Source: Squalus acanthias
Lineage: Eukaryota
Direction of reading: 5' to 3'
Assembly (NCBI GenBank): GCA_030390025.1
Contig: CM059432.1
Location: 73,782,001 to 73,846,000, forward strand
Length of the DNA stretch: 64,000 bases
Positions 14,930 to 27,815 of the stretch are shown here, piece by piece. A program made the translations under genes and the position numbers. The number at the start of each line of letters is the position of its first letter. Positions within the stretch are counted from its first letter, which is position 1. Below the pieces are notes generated by a model. That model saw only the letters and a list, made by a program, of their open reading frames with translations, searched no databases and was not told the DNA's origin.

Positions 14930-15820
14930 CATTAATTATTTGATCATGTAGAGTCCAGGCATAAAGGGGCAATCTACATTGCAGCCTCCCTTCCTCTTCC
15001 TTTTCCTCCTCTTCCTGTTCCTCTTCTTCTCACCCGATAGGTGCTGGCAAGGGCTGCTTGGTAAGTTTGTGCAGCATGCAGCATACCACCACAAATCTTG
15101 AGACCCACTCAACTGAGTACTGCAGGGCTCCACTGCAGGCAGCAGAAGTGTTGATTGAGGATGCCAATGGTGTGCTCTATAATGTTTCTTGTGGCAGCAT
15201 GGCTCTCATTGAATGCCTGCTGTGCACGTGGGTTCTAGACTGGAGTCATGAGCCATGTCATGAGTGCATAACCCTTGTCGCCCAGTAACCTCAGAATGAA
15301 CAAACCGTGACTACGGCCAGGATACCAGGCATTGACCTGCATGATGCTCTGCCTGTGGTCGCACACCAGCTGCACATCGAGGTGAGATGAAGCTGTCTCT
15401 CTTTGTATAGAGAGCCTCAGTGACCTCCCTTATGCAGCAGTGCACTGCAAACTGCGAGATGTTGCTTATATCTCCAGCAGCAGCCTGGAAGGAGCCATAG
15501 ATGCATAAAAGTTCATCACCATGGTCGCCTTGACAGCCACTGGCAATCCAGTTCTTGCCCTGCTCGGAGGTTGGAGTTGCAGCTGCAGCAGTTGCCAGAT
15601 TTCAGTCACGACCTCTTTAGTGTAGTACAGACGTCTCAAACATTAGTCTTCGCTGAAGTTCAGGTAAGAGAATTGCTCTCTAAACACCCTCTGCGGAAAT
15701 GGCCTTCTGCTGAGAGCCCATCTTCCCCTCCTCCCTCTGTCCTGCTCTGCGTGGCCTCTGCTCATTCTTCAGTCATGTTCAATTCAATTTAAAAGAGGAA
15801 GGCCTACTAGGGCACCCATG
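14930..15820 (-). pseudogene. Harbinger (HARBI1-type DDE) transposase relic
   Basis: Minus-strand fragments [83 protein letters not shown]; stops and deletions. Confidence 0.85.
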
Positions 15821-15878
15821 TCTGCAAGCAACTGATTTCAGCACAAGCCTTTATGTCACCAAAAAGTACTTAGTATGA

Positions 15879-16093
15879 AATAACAACAGAAAACGCTGGA
15901 AAAACTCAGCAGGCCAGGCAGCATCCGTGGAGAGAGAAAGAGAGTTAACGTTTCAGGTCGATGACCTTTCATCAGACCTGAAACGTTAACTCTCTTTCTC
16001 TCTCCACGGATGCTGCCTGGCCTGCTGAGTTTTTCCAGCGTTTTCTGTTGTTATTTCGGATTTCCAGCATCCGCAGTATTTTGCTATCGTATT
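15879..16093. mobile_element. Penelope-derived palindromic insertion with hammerhead core, nested in the Harbinger
   Basis: 14-bp TSD AGTACTTAGTATGA (15865-15878, 16094-16107); ~80-bp inverted arms; minus-strand CTGATGA-A-AGGTC-ATC-GACCT-GAAA-CG-TT at 15947-15975. Confidence 0.8.
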
Positions 16094-17497
16094 AGTACTT
16101 AGTATGAGTCTTAGTACAAGTATGGAAAGTATCAAAAAGCTCGCAAAATGCGTAGAATTGCACCAACAGCCAGAAGAAATAGTCCAGCAACTAATCTGTA
16201 AGTGGTTGATGATCCCTTTAAATAGAGTTGCGGGGGTGGGTCCGTCATGCCGTTTAATGTTGTGTTCAGCTGTGCGAGGTGAAGACAAGCTGCAGCGTGG
16301 AGCTCAAAAATGGCAGCACTGGCATCAAATCAGCGTTGCACATTGATTGACGTCATGAGCTGCCTGCTCTGCATGCTGCCGGTGGTCGTTAGGTACGTGC
16401 CCATGCGCTTTTACAAATATAGTGTCCGGTGCACTTCCCGTCATTTTCAAACTTTAGAAGGCCTTGTAGCGCCCAAAAAACGGGCGCTACAGAGCCCAAT
16501 TTCTCACCCATGATGTTTATGTCATTGGTATATTTTGTAAAAGAAATGCAATCGTATACATTTTAGTTTGCTGCAGAAATATAACTGCTGCCTTTTAAAA
16601 GATTATTGCTGAGTGTGAAGCAGTTTGGCACTAGTATGGGAATCTGCAAATAAAAACCGCCTCATGAATATGACTTGCTTAATGTGTTAATGGTCTCCTT
16701 GTTGGACAACTGCTTCCACTGGATCAAGACCAGTTTTACGACAGAACAACTACTGCTTGAGTGTTGAGTTACTCCTCTGGTGTAATATACACTGTACGCA
16801 TACCATCTAACATCTGCTCTTCCAATAGTAAACATTCAGTGGAGTACACAAGAGCTGAACATGGATTGATGTCAATTTTAATTAGTGCTTCGGCACTGTG
16901 GCTCATATATTTCACACCCTTGTGCGCTTAATTTTTAAAAGCTGTAACTTGCTTTCTCTATGAAACACAATCGCTATGCCGAAATTTAAAATACATTTCA
17001 TAATAACATTCGCTTCATTATAGTCTATGATTTAATTGTTATAAAGTGCAGACCTTCTGCAAGTTGCATAAACTTGCTTCACCAGACAGATAATACTCTA
17101 CTGTAGCTTGATCAAAATTCCCTTTATTCTTGTGATGCTGGCAGGTACTCTTAGCTCCCAGACTAAAATGACAAAGTTGGACTATGCCCTAGAAAGCAAC
17201 CATTTACATGTTTTGGCACAAACCAGTTCAATCTGCTTTGTTTATGCAAAAACAGTTGGTGGAAAAATAAATCATACAAAAAAGACCCTTTTTTTTACAT
17301 GAATTGGAAAATTCAAAATGAGGGCTGGATATCTTTGAAACTCAGAAATTATGTTAATCAAAATATTTAGAAATTCTGAGTTTCTAAGGAAATGGTCTGC
17401 AGTGCAGGTGTTGATTCATATTGGACTACTGGTAGCTCACTTGGAGACAGTGATGATGCATTAAGTGTACTGAGAATGAAGTAGTCAAAATCATATC

Positions 17498-18200
17498 AGT
17501 GCATGTCCACAGATCCCTGAAGGTAGCAGGCCAGGTAGATAAGGTGGTTAAGAAGGCATACGGAATGCTTGCCTTTATTAGCCGTGGCATAGAATACAAG
17601 AGCAGGGGGGTTATGCTTCAACTGTATAAAACACTAGTTAGGCCTCAGCTAGAGTATTGCATGCAGTTCTGGTCACCACATTACAGCAAAGATGTGATTG
17701 CACTAGAGAGGGTACAGAGGAGATTTACAAGGATGTTGCCGGGAGTAGAGAATCTTAGCTATGAGGAAAGACTGGATAGGCTGGGTTTGTTTTCCTTGGA
17801 ACAGAGGAGGCTGAGAGGAGACCTTATTGAGGTGTATAAAATTATGAGGGGCCTAGATAAAGTGGATAGAAAGGACCTATTTCCCTTAGCAGAGGGGTCA
17901 AAATTCAGGGAGCACAGATTTAAAGTAATTGGTGGAAGGTTTAGAGGGAATTTGAGGGGAAAGTTCTTCACCCAGAGGGTTGTGGGGGTCTGGAACTCAC
18001 TGCCTGAAAGGGTGGTAGAGGCAGAAACCCTAACCACATTTAAAAAGTACTTGGATGTGCACTTGGGATGCTGTAACCTGCAGGGCTACAGACCAAGAGC
18101 TGGGAAGTGGGATTAGGCTGGATAGCTCTTTGTTGGCCGGCACGGACACAATGGGCCGAAATGGCCTCCTTCCGTGCTGTAACTTTCTATGATTCTATGA
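17498..18200 (+). mobile_element. CR1 LINE 3' part (second subfamily)
   Basis: 205-aa ORF with LYKTLVRPQLEYCMQFWSP and FFTQRVVGVWNSLP; (TTCTATGA)2 tail. Confidence 0.95.
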
Positions 18201-18879
18201 ATAACAAATCATTTTATATAGGACATTTTAAAAATCCTATTTTATCCCTACATGCTTGGTGGAATAGGGGAACAAAACTAACAAAACCATAATATTTCTT
18301 CACATCCCAGCTCCATGTCTGCCAACTGTATTATCTTATCAGGTTTTCATTGGGAATGTTATAATTTTTCACTTGAACCAGTAAATATCCTATGGTAATA
18401 CTCAGGAATAAATATTAACAATAAATAGAGTATTTAAAAATATATATATTTCCTTTACCTGTGCAGTATGTAATAGCAGCTATTTACAGCTAGATTTATG
18501 TTTAAATCTGCATTGCTGCAGTAAAACTGAGGACCAAAATTGCCATAAGGCTGCAGATTTAATTTCAAGTTTTCACATCGAGTGAAACCCATTTCTGAAG
18601 ACATTAAACTTGCAAATACTTTGCAGTGAAATAGTATGAAATATACTTCCTTTATTAAAGACAACATCCTCAATACAGCAACTGAAGGCATGGAGGGAAG
18701 GATCATGCACAGCTTTTCTAAAATGTTTCTGCGAATTTCTTTCTTTCTGTGGACAGAATATTTCCCCCTTGCACTTTGAAGTTGACTGTTGTGATTTGTT
18801 CCAAGTTTTATTTGTTCTTCCAGTGCAAATACTGGAAATGTTTAAGGATGCCTTTCACAGAGCTTGGTGTCAATCTTCA

Positions 18880-20010
18880 TGTGTGGTGCGAATCACAATG
18901 AGGTGGCAAGGCGATCGGAACGCCTGCCCAATGATAGTCGCGAAAGACCCAAAACCATTTTGTTGTTCGAGCCTCATTTAAATCTCAAATGTGAGCTGCC
19001 CGGACATTAGTAGCGTTGACTGGTAGCTCATCACATTGGAGGTCGGGATTTCCAGCAGGTCTACTTAAAGTGAGCTTGCACATTTTAAAGCAAGATGTGC
19101 ATTAAATTTGAAAAAGAAAATCACTGTGCAGGCCCCTCTAACTCACTCTTTATCCAACCCAGGGTGTTGATTTCTGTAAGCAGGAGCAGGGACTAGTGGA
19201 AAGGACAGAACACAGATGGCTGGCCAGAGGGAAAGCTCAGGTCCTAGCTTTGCTGAAGAGGACACCGAGACAGACTTCAGCAACCCAGCTTTTAAAAGGA
19301 AGATCTTCCACATGCACCAGCAATTGCTCGAGTATTGGTCGGCCGGCCTAAGAGTTGCTGCACTATGTCGGAGAATATGGAGACGTTCACTTCCAGCTTA
19401 CATGCCGTGCAGTCACAAGGTATCAACACGCTACAGTCTACCATGGACCACGTGGTCACCTCTTTGGACGGAGTAGCTGGGCCCTCTGTCCAGGAGTCTA
19501 TGGCATCAGTATCAGCATCTTTGATCAAAGCTCAAACTAGTGCCATTCACGCTCTGGGCTCTACTATCGTCATCACTTTCAAAAGGCTGGGAACGCAATT
19601 ATAGGGATATCTGTCGCATCATAGATCTCCTACAGTCTGCTCTCCTGTAGATCAGTGGGAATGCTGAGCCACAGCCCCGTGGGAGTTGCAGTGGTCCAAT
19701 TAGAGTGGTGCATGTTGCCCTCTCTCACGATGACAGCATACCTGCACCCATGCCATCCCCTCAACCAATGCCCACCATGGTGCCAGGAAGCCTGGTGGGC
19801 CGGACTCCCCCAACAGTAGCCGAGATGCTGCAGTGTGCAACTGGGCCCTCTCGGGCTTGAGCGCCTAGAGGTCACCAACCATGAGCATCTCAGAAGCCGT
19901 CATCTGAATGTCAGCAGCCTTCCATCTCCCACACTGGGGGAGTGCCATGTAGGAGTAGCAGATTAAGAGAGAAGCAATGTAACCAAAAGCACTATGGGCT
20001 GACATCTGGG
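18880..20010 (+). mobile_element. Harbinger-derived fragment (remnant of the Myb/SANT gene's distal exon)
   Basis: Sequence and peptide resemble 14100-14720 (AQTSAIHALG vs SQTAAIMALG; shared gaggtcacc...cagcagccttcca). Confidence 0.6.
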
Positions 20011-21399
20011 TACTTATTATTGCTTTTACTTGATGTTGTCTGCCGAGTGTTTCTGTAGTACTGCATACTTTAATGAGGCTCCTGCCTGCTTCAGGCAGCT
20101 GCTCTGGCCACCTATATACCCCATCAAAAGCAGCACAATAACTGAAAGTGAATGAAAATTACTCAGTCATAAGATATGGCCGTGGCAGTCTCAGGTCATG
20201 CTCACACCAGCATTTTGCTAAAATACACGACGTATTGAGCTCTCTCTTACAAACCATTCTCATTATAGTTTTTTCAAGTTCCAGGAAACTATAAATGTTC
20301 ATGTTGCACTTACTTTTGTGGCTGCGTCATTCCACATTTTTTTGGACACACAGTATTTTTAGTCATGCTGAGCTACTTTGCAAAGACATGTGAAGCTAAT
20401 ATGCAAATAAGGAATAGTTGATGCATAAAACACATGATGGTGCCTGTTCACAACATTCCATTCCCCAACCTGGTGTTTAAAAGTATTATGCAATATACTG
20501 TGTTGCAAGATTACTACCATACGGTAAGAACATTAAACACACACCTTTGCAGCTGAAACTGGTTGCTGGACCACTTCCCCTCTGGTGCTGGTTTACTCTC
20601 GCCATGGAACTGGTAGAGCTGCAGCAACATTTTTTTTTTAAATAACACCCAGGTCAAAAAAGTGTCCTTTGCAGCAGAACAATCTTCCACAAAAGCTCAT
20701 ATTCCACAAAACATTTCATTCAGAATAGTGAGCTCAGTGCAGTTCCATACCACTGCCAGCAAACTGTCTCATTTTAGCAGTCAATCAAAATGCTAAATAT
20801 ACTGCATAATTGATTCAAAATATTAATGGTGGAAAACTATATGGCCAGTGTAAGTACATCTGCAACAACAATGGAGAATTCAGTGGTGGCTGTTTAGCCA
20901 CTTAAAGAAACATTCTCAACTATTTAAACATGTTATAATTACTCCATTTTAACAAACAAAAATTGTATATTTTGATGTTATAAGTTACATTTATTTCATT
21001 GCCTTAATTGTGTTTAAAACACTCACCTTCAGGAAAGCATTAGTAACACAAGTAACAAATCATATGAAATATGAGTAAAAACCCTACTCTACTCAATATT
21101 AAAAATACATTATGATAGAGACTACATGAGAGTTAGCAACAAAAATATTCTTTGGTAAGATAAAGGATTTCACTCTTACCATTTATAAACATGTGCTTCT
21201 TTTGCCCTCTGCTGGAAATATATGTTATTGCAAGTACTCCATTTTATAGCCTTTGGGTCCCGCACCCCACTCTCATAGGAATGATTTACAGTAATAATTG
21301 TCTGAAACCTCTCGATCTGTACCATGTATGAGAACAACCAGAAAATAATCTCAGGAATTCACATGTAGAATTAATAATAATTAACATTACAAGTATAAG

Positions 21400-21767
21400 C
21401 TTGGTCCAATGATAGCACTCTTGCCTCTGGATTAGAAGATTGTGAGTTCAAACCCCACTCCAGGGATTTGAGCTCATAATCCAGACTGACACTTCAGTGC
21501 AGTACTGAGGGAAAGTAGCATTGTCAGAGGCATAGTCTTTTGGGTGAGATGTTAAACCGACGCTCCACCTCCCTGTTCAGGTGGACTTAAAGGTCAAGTT
21601 AGCCAAGTTGTTCTGGTGTCCTTACTGACGTTTATGCCTCAACCAACATCATCAAAACAGATTAACTGGTCATTTATTTTATTGTTGTTCGTGGGAACTT
21701 GCTGTGGGCAAACTGACTACCATATTTGTCGACATAACAACAGTAACTACATTTCGAAACTACTTAG
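21400..21767 (+). mobile_element. tRNA-derived Deu-domain SINE (SacSINE1-like), 5' part; 3' end continues at ~23975-24050
   Basis: tRNA-like head (gatagcactcttgcctctg...gagttcaaacccc) and core cagtgcagtactgaggg...gagatgttaaaccga; homologous to 34312-34777 and 51684-52144. Confidence 0.8.
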
Positions 21768-21786
21768 GAACAATAGTAGGCCATTC

Positions 21787-23392
21787 CAAGAGGAAGTATT
21801 AAGGGGTTTAGCATCTTTGAAAGTGGATAAATCCCCAGGCCCGGATGAAATGTATTCCAGACTGGTAAGAGAGGAAATAGCGAAGGCTCTGACCATCATT
21901 TTTCAATCCTCTCTGACTACAAGTGTGGTGCCGGAGGACTGAAGGACTGCTAACGTGGTACCGTTGTTTAGAAAGGCAGAAAGGGATAGACTGAATAATT
22001 ACAGGACAGTCAACCTAACCTCGGTGGTGGGAAAATTATTGGAAAAAAATTCTGAGGGACAGGATAAATCTTCATTTAGAAAGACACGGATTAATCAGGG
22101 ACAGTTAGCATGGATTTGGCAAGGGAAGGTCGTGTCTGACCAACTTAATTGAACTTTTTGAAGAGGCAACAAGGAGGGTAGATGAGGGTAGTACATTTGA
22201 TGTAGTCTATATGGATTTTAGCAAGGCTTTTGATAAGGTCCCGCATGGCAGACTGGTCACGAAAGTAAAAGCCCATGGGATCCAAGGCAAAGTGGCAAGT
22301 TGGATCCAAAATTGACTCAGAGGCAGGAAACAAAGGGTAATGGTCGAAGGGTGTTTTTGTGACTGGAAGGCTGTTTCCAGTGGGGTTCCGCAGGGCTCAG
22401 TACTGGGTCCTCTGCTTTTTGTGGTATCTATCAATAATTTGGACTTGAATGTAGGAAGTATGATTAAGAAGTTTGCAGATGATACAAAAATTGGCCGTGT
22501 GGTTGATAATGAAGAAGAAAGCTGCAAACTGCAGGAAGATATCAATGGACTGGTCAGTTGGGCAGAACAATGGCAAATGGAATTCAATCTGGAGAAGTGT
22601 GGGGTAATACATTTGGGGAGGGCTAACAAGGCAAGGGAATACACTATAAATGGTAGGACACTGAGAAGTGCAGAAGATCAGAGGGACCTTGGAGTGCATG
22701 TCCACAGATCCCTGAAGGTAGCAGGACAGGTAGATAAGGTGTTTAAGAAGGCATACGGATTCTTGCCTTTATTAGCCGAGGCATAGAATATAAGAGCAGG
22801 GAGGTTATGCTTGAACTGTATAAAACACTAGTTAGGCCGCAGCTGGAATATTGCGTGCAGTTCTGGTCATCGCATTACAGGAAGGCTGTGATTGCACTAG
22901 AAGGGGTGCAGAGGAGATTTACGAGGATGTTGCCTGGGCTGGGGAATTTTAGCTATGAGGAAAGATTGGATAGGCTGGGGTTGTTTTCTTTGGAACAGAG
23001 GAGGCTGAAGGGAGAACTAATTGAGGTGTATAAAATTATGAGGGGCCTAGATAGAGTGGATAGGAAGGACCTATTTCCCTTAGCAGAAGGGTCAATAACC
23101 AGGGGGCATAGATTTAAAGTAATAGGTCAGAGGTTGAGAGGGGAGTTGATGAGAATTTTTCACCCAGAGGGTGGTAGGGGTCTGGAACTCACTGCCTGAA
23201 AGGGTGGTAGAGGCAGAGACCCTCATCACATTTAAAAAGTACTTGGATATGCACTTGAAGTGCCATAACCTACAAGGCTACGGACCAAGTGCTGGAAAGT
23301 GGGATTAGGGTGGATAGCTCTTTGTCGGCCGGCGCGGACAAGATGGGCCGAATGGCCTCCTTCTGTGCTGTAAATTTCTATGATTCTATGAT
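21787..23392 (+). mobile_element. CR1 LINE, RT region to 3' tail, frameshifted
   Basis: KSPGPDEM, VYMDFSKAFDKVPH, GVPQGSVLGPLLF, KFADDTK, LVRPQLEYCVQFW; (TTCTATGA)n tail. Confidence 0.95.
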
Positions 23393-23419
23393 TTAGCGCC
23401 ATGATTGAGGTACAGATTA

Positions 23420-23974
23420 GCCATTCAATTAGATCATGGCTGATCTGTACCTCAACCTCATTTACCCACCTTTGATCCATATCTCTCAATACCCTTACCT
23501 GACAAAAACCTAGCAATCTCAGTCTTGAAAGCTCTAATTGTCTCAGCATCCACAGGCTTTTGGAAGAGAGTTCCAGATTTCTACTACCCTTTGTACGGAA
23601 AAAGTGCTTCCTGATTTCACTCCTGGATGGCTTGGCTCTAATTTTAAGATTATGCCCCATTGTTCTGTTTTCCCCCTCCAGAGGAAATAGTTTCTATGTA
23701 TCTACCCTATCAAATCTTTTTATCATTTTGAACACCTTGATTAGATCACCCCTCAATCATGCATACTCAAGGGAATATAAGGCAGGTTTATCCAACCTTT
23801 CCTCATAATTTAACCCATTTACCCCAGTATCATTCTGGTGAATCTGCACTGTACCCCCTCCAAGGCCAATATATCTCTCCTGAGGTACAGAGCCCAGAAC
23901 TGAAAACGGTACTGCAGAAGTGATCTGACCAAGGCTTTATACAACTGAACCATAACTTTCTCCCCTTTGTACTT
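23420..23974 (-). mobile_element. CR1 LINE 3' fragment; its tail remnant is at ~21768-21786
   Basis: Minus ORF GHNLKIRAKPSRSEIRKHFF; split from its tail by the plus-strand CR1. Confidence 0.85.
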
Positions 23975-24689
23975 CACTGGCTGTGAAGAGATTTTAGGGT
24001 GTCATGAGGATGTGAAAGACACTATTTTAATGCATCTTCTTTCTTTTTTTGTACTTATTGAGCTGATGTTTGATAGTGTTGTTTTTGCACTGTGTATATT
24101 CTACATTTTTTCTTTAAAACTATAGGGGTTTTTCACGTCGTCATTACAAGTGGGACCGGAGTAGAACAGATGTTTGGGAGCTGGGAAGTTGACTGGAGAT
24201 GGCTCTTGCCAGACCTCTACCTATTGTGTGTTCCACATCATCTTCCAGCCGACCTTTCAGGCCCAAGCCAGGTGAAAGGTTTCATTATAATATGGAATTA
24301 CCACAGAAATAGTTACACTGAGTCTCGATTTCTGAGAATTTGACTTGTGAGGAATAGAACTTCCATTTGCCGCTTACAAGGCAAATGGCGGACTAGAGGT
24401 GAGGCCAGGGAGCAGGGGGGGGGGTGTAAACGCCCTAAGCCAGCAGTTCCTGGATTGGCCCTCTTAGTCAGGGGCTAGTTAAAGCAGTACCAGGGTCGGC
24501 TACCACTCCCCCTCCCTGCAATGTGTGAGCAGGGATGTGATGTTTATCAGCACACTGTACTGGTAAGCTGCATGGTTATAGTTGGGTAAACTCCAGCGAT
24601 ACCTCCTGCATACTTGGGAATTCCTAAGCATGGGCTCTGCCAACTGCTGAAGTGGTCACTGTTATTGTCTACCCCTTCATGTTCCCATG

Positions 24690-25060
24690 AACCAGTTGCT
24701 TCCAACACCTTTCTTACCCCTTCTGCTTCTGACCACCCCCTATGCCCATATCAACTCCCCTCACTCTAGTCAACAAGCTTTGCTATCACTGCCCATCTTC
24801 ATCATCCTACCTGCCATCTCCTCCCCCACAGCCTTTATACTCCCACCCCATCTCTCATCTTCTTCCCCTTCGCTCCTTATCCTGTCTTTATCACCTTCCC
24901 AATCTTCCTCCTTCACCCCATATCCCTCCTTCCTTCCTATCCCCAAATCCCCTTCCTCATTACCAATTTACCTTAAGCCCCAATCACCATCCTGTTCCAA
25001 CCCCTGTTGTTCTCCTTCATCCCTCATCCTCATGTCTTCTTCCCTTATTTCCTCCCCAGC
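24690..25060. repeat. Pyrimidine (C/T)-rich low-complexity tract
   Basis: Dense ccct/cttc/catc runs; the Pro/Ser/Leu-rich ORFs are compositional artefacts. Confidence 0.7.
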
Positions 25061-25399
25061 AGATTGAGACATGATTCTTTGTTCTTTAAAGTTAAGCACA
25101 ATAAACCCTGTGAGGAACAAAGAAGTAGAACTGCAGGTCTTGGGATTCAGATGGAGGCTTCAATTATGTGAAGGTGTAGATGGTGGGGGAAGGGGTGCCT
25201 CCAGGACTCTGACCTGAACGGAGGCCTGAGGCAGGTGAAAACGCACATAGCACAGACAACAGAGTGTCCAACATCTAAAGCAGCAGGCCAGATGACAGTA
25301 GAGGGCAAGGGCAAGGACTACAGCCCAAGGTGGGTGAAGCTGCCAGGTGGTGGGGACAGCAGGGGTGCAAGCAACCCGAGGCCCCAGGAGAGAAATGAA

Positions 25400-27570
25400 C
25401 AGTGAGAGAAGGGGTTGCCATGGAAAAGAGAGTCACGGTACTGACTTGAGCTTTATAGAGAGGCACTGAGGCAGAAGGTGAGCCACTCATCACAGAGTGC
25501 CCATTCTCTGCACTGCTCTTGTAACCATGATGTTGATACGACTGGTACACTTAAGCTTCTAGTCAATGGTAACCCCCGGGATGTTAATGGTGTGGGACTT
25601 AGCAATGTTGATGCTGTTGAAGGTCAGGAATAGCTGGTTGCAATGTTGCCCCTAATTTTTTTTGGGGTGTACGGCCCAGTCAGTTTTGCGCATGCGCAAA
25701 ACTTAACATTGGAAAAGCCGATCCCGGGCTGCACGGCTTAGAGGGACCGTTGGCTGGTTGGACTTTCTCTTATTGGAGATGGTCATTATCAGGCAATTAT
25801 GTGGTGCAAATATTACCTGCCACTTGGCAGCCCAAGCCTTGACATTGTCCAACTTCTGCTGTAGACTGGCAAGAAATAGAGTAGTTGTGAATGGAGCTGA
25901 ACACTGTAGAATCATCAGTGAACAATTCACTACTGACCTTTTGACAGAAGGAAGGGCAGTATTGAAGCAGCTAAAACTGGTTCAGCCTGGAATGTTGCCA
26001 TGAGAAACTCTGGCAATAATGTCTTGAGGCTAGAATGATTGGACTCTGACAGCCACATCCATTTTCCTGTGTGTCAGATATGATTCCTGCCAATGGAGGC
26101 TTTACCGATTGACCTCAGTTTTGGTAGGGCTCCTTGGTGCCATACTCAAATGTTGAGGGCAGCTACTCACACCTCTCTTCTGGCATTCAGTTCTTGCTCC
26201 CAGGGCTAGATCAAGAATGTGATGAGGTCAGGAGCCAAGTAATGCTGATGGAGCCTTAACTGAGCATCAGCACACAGGTTCTTGGTGAGTAGCTGTCACT
26301 ATTAATGATTTCTTCCATCACTTTACCAAATGTTGGGAGGAGGCTGATAGGATGGTAATTGGCCAGGTTAGATTTGTTCTGCTTTTTGTGGATCAGACAT
26401 ACCTGGGCAATTTTCCAGATTGTTGGGTAAATGCCAGAGCCATAGCAGCACTGAAATAGCTTAGCTAAGGAGATAGCTAGTTTTGGTGCACAGATCTTCA
26501 TTATTACAGCTGGGATTTTATCAGGTTCCATAATTTGTTGTCTCTCCAGTGCATTCAGCTGCTTCTTGGTGTCACATGCAGTGAACTGAATTGGTTGAAC
26601 TTTGGCATTTATGTCAATGAGGACCTCGGGAGAAGGCCAAGTATCATGATCCATTTAGCACTTTTGGCTGAAGACACTTGTAGATGATTGAGCCCTGTCT
26701 CTTGCACTTACATGTTGGATTTCACCATGGTGGAAGATGAGAATGTTAATGGAGCCTCCTACTTTCATTAGTTTTCTGATTGCCCTGCAACATTCTCAGC
26801 TGGATGTGGTAGGCTTACAGAGCTTTGCCTTGATCCATTAGTTGTGGGAGTGCTTAACTCTGTCTATAGCCTGTTACTTTGAGTGCTTAGATGCAAGAAG
26901 CTCTGTGTTGTACTAGGTTGATGTCTCATTCTAAGGTATGCCTGGTGGTGCTCCTGGCATGCCAACTATATTCCCCATTGAGCCAAGCTGATCTCCCGAC
27001 TTGATGCAGCTCATGCAGTGCTGGGCAATGAGATTGTGGTGGTACACAATTCTACTGCTGTTGATGGTCCAGTGTCGCTTGGATGCCCAGTTTTGGACTG
27101 CCAGCTGAGCACAGTCGTAGTGCACACTACACGAAGGAGGGTGTCCTTGCTGTGAAGATGAGATTTTGTCTTCACAAGGACTATGCAGTGGTCAATTATA
27201 TCAATGCTGTCATGGACGAATATGTTTGCAACAAGGTGGTTATTGAGGACGAGATGAAGCAGGTGATTTCCTTGTATTTGTTTCCTTACTACCTGACACA
27301 GGCCCAGTCTGGCAGCTAAATCTTTCAGGACTCAGCTAGCTTGGTCAGTGGTGGTTCTACCAAGCTACTCTCAGAGGTGGATATTGATGTACCCAATCCA
27401 GAGTATACATTGTGCCCTTGTTTTCCCTCAGTGCATCCTCCAAATGTTGTTCAATACAGGGGATTACTAATTCATAAGTTAATGGGGTGATGGCCCTTGG
27501 CCTTGTTTTCGACCTGACACCATGAAACTTCATGGAGTCGTGGGTCAATTTTGAAGATTTCCAGGTTCAC
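25400..27570 (-). mobile_element. Old degenerate family-B LINE
   Basis: PDKIPAVIMKICAPKLAISLAKLFQ, NYHPISLLP, WAAKWQVIFAPH on the minus strand; many stops. Confidence 0.85.
25641..25752. mobile_element. 112-bp hAT-like MITE inserted in a LINE
   Basis: Exact 8-bp TSD GCTGGTTG (25633-25640, 25753-25760); imperfect TIRs caatgttgcccctaa / ttagagggaccgttg. Confidence 0.8.
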
Positions 27571-27699
27571 ACCTAATTGGGATCTTTTCCAGTGCCTGTT
27601 GACATGTTTACTAAATTGGTGGTACTAAATAGTTACATCCTACTAATATTTTTGAATGACAAGGTTCCAACAAACTGCGTTATAGGGATTCTTTACTGT

Positions 27700-27815
27700 A
27701 GTTTCCCACATTACAACAGTGACTTCACTCCAAAAGTACTTCATTGGCTGTAAAGCGCTTTGAGATGTCCGGTGGTCTTGAAAGGCGCTATATAAATGCA
27801 AGTCTTTCTTTCTTT
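27700..27815 (+). mobile_element. SINE 3' tail fragment
   Basis: caaaagtacttcattggctgtaaagcgctttg...aaaggcgctatataaatgcaagtc(TTTC)n. Confidence 0.8.

Larger units (their letters stand above)
13301..16509. mobile_element. Decayed PIF/Harbinger DNA transposon with convergent Myb/SANT and transposase genes
   Basis: Imperfect TIRs gggggttaaattgg / cccaatttctcaccc; 3-bp TSD ATG at 13298-13300 and 16510-16512; two internal genes. Confidence 0.85.

Noticed and set aside
24687..25074. Pro/Ser/Leu-rich ORFs
   Set aside because: Artefact of a C/T-rich low-complexity tract.
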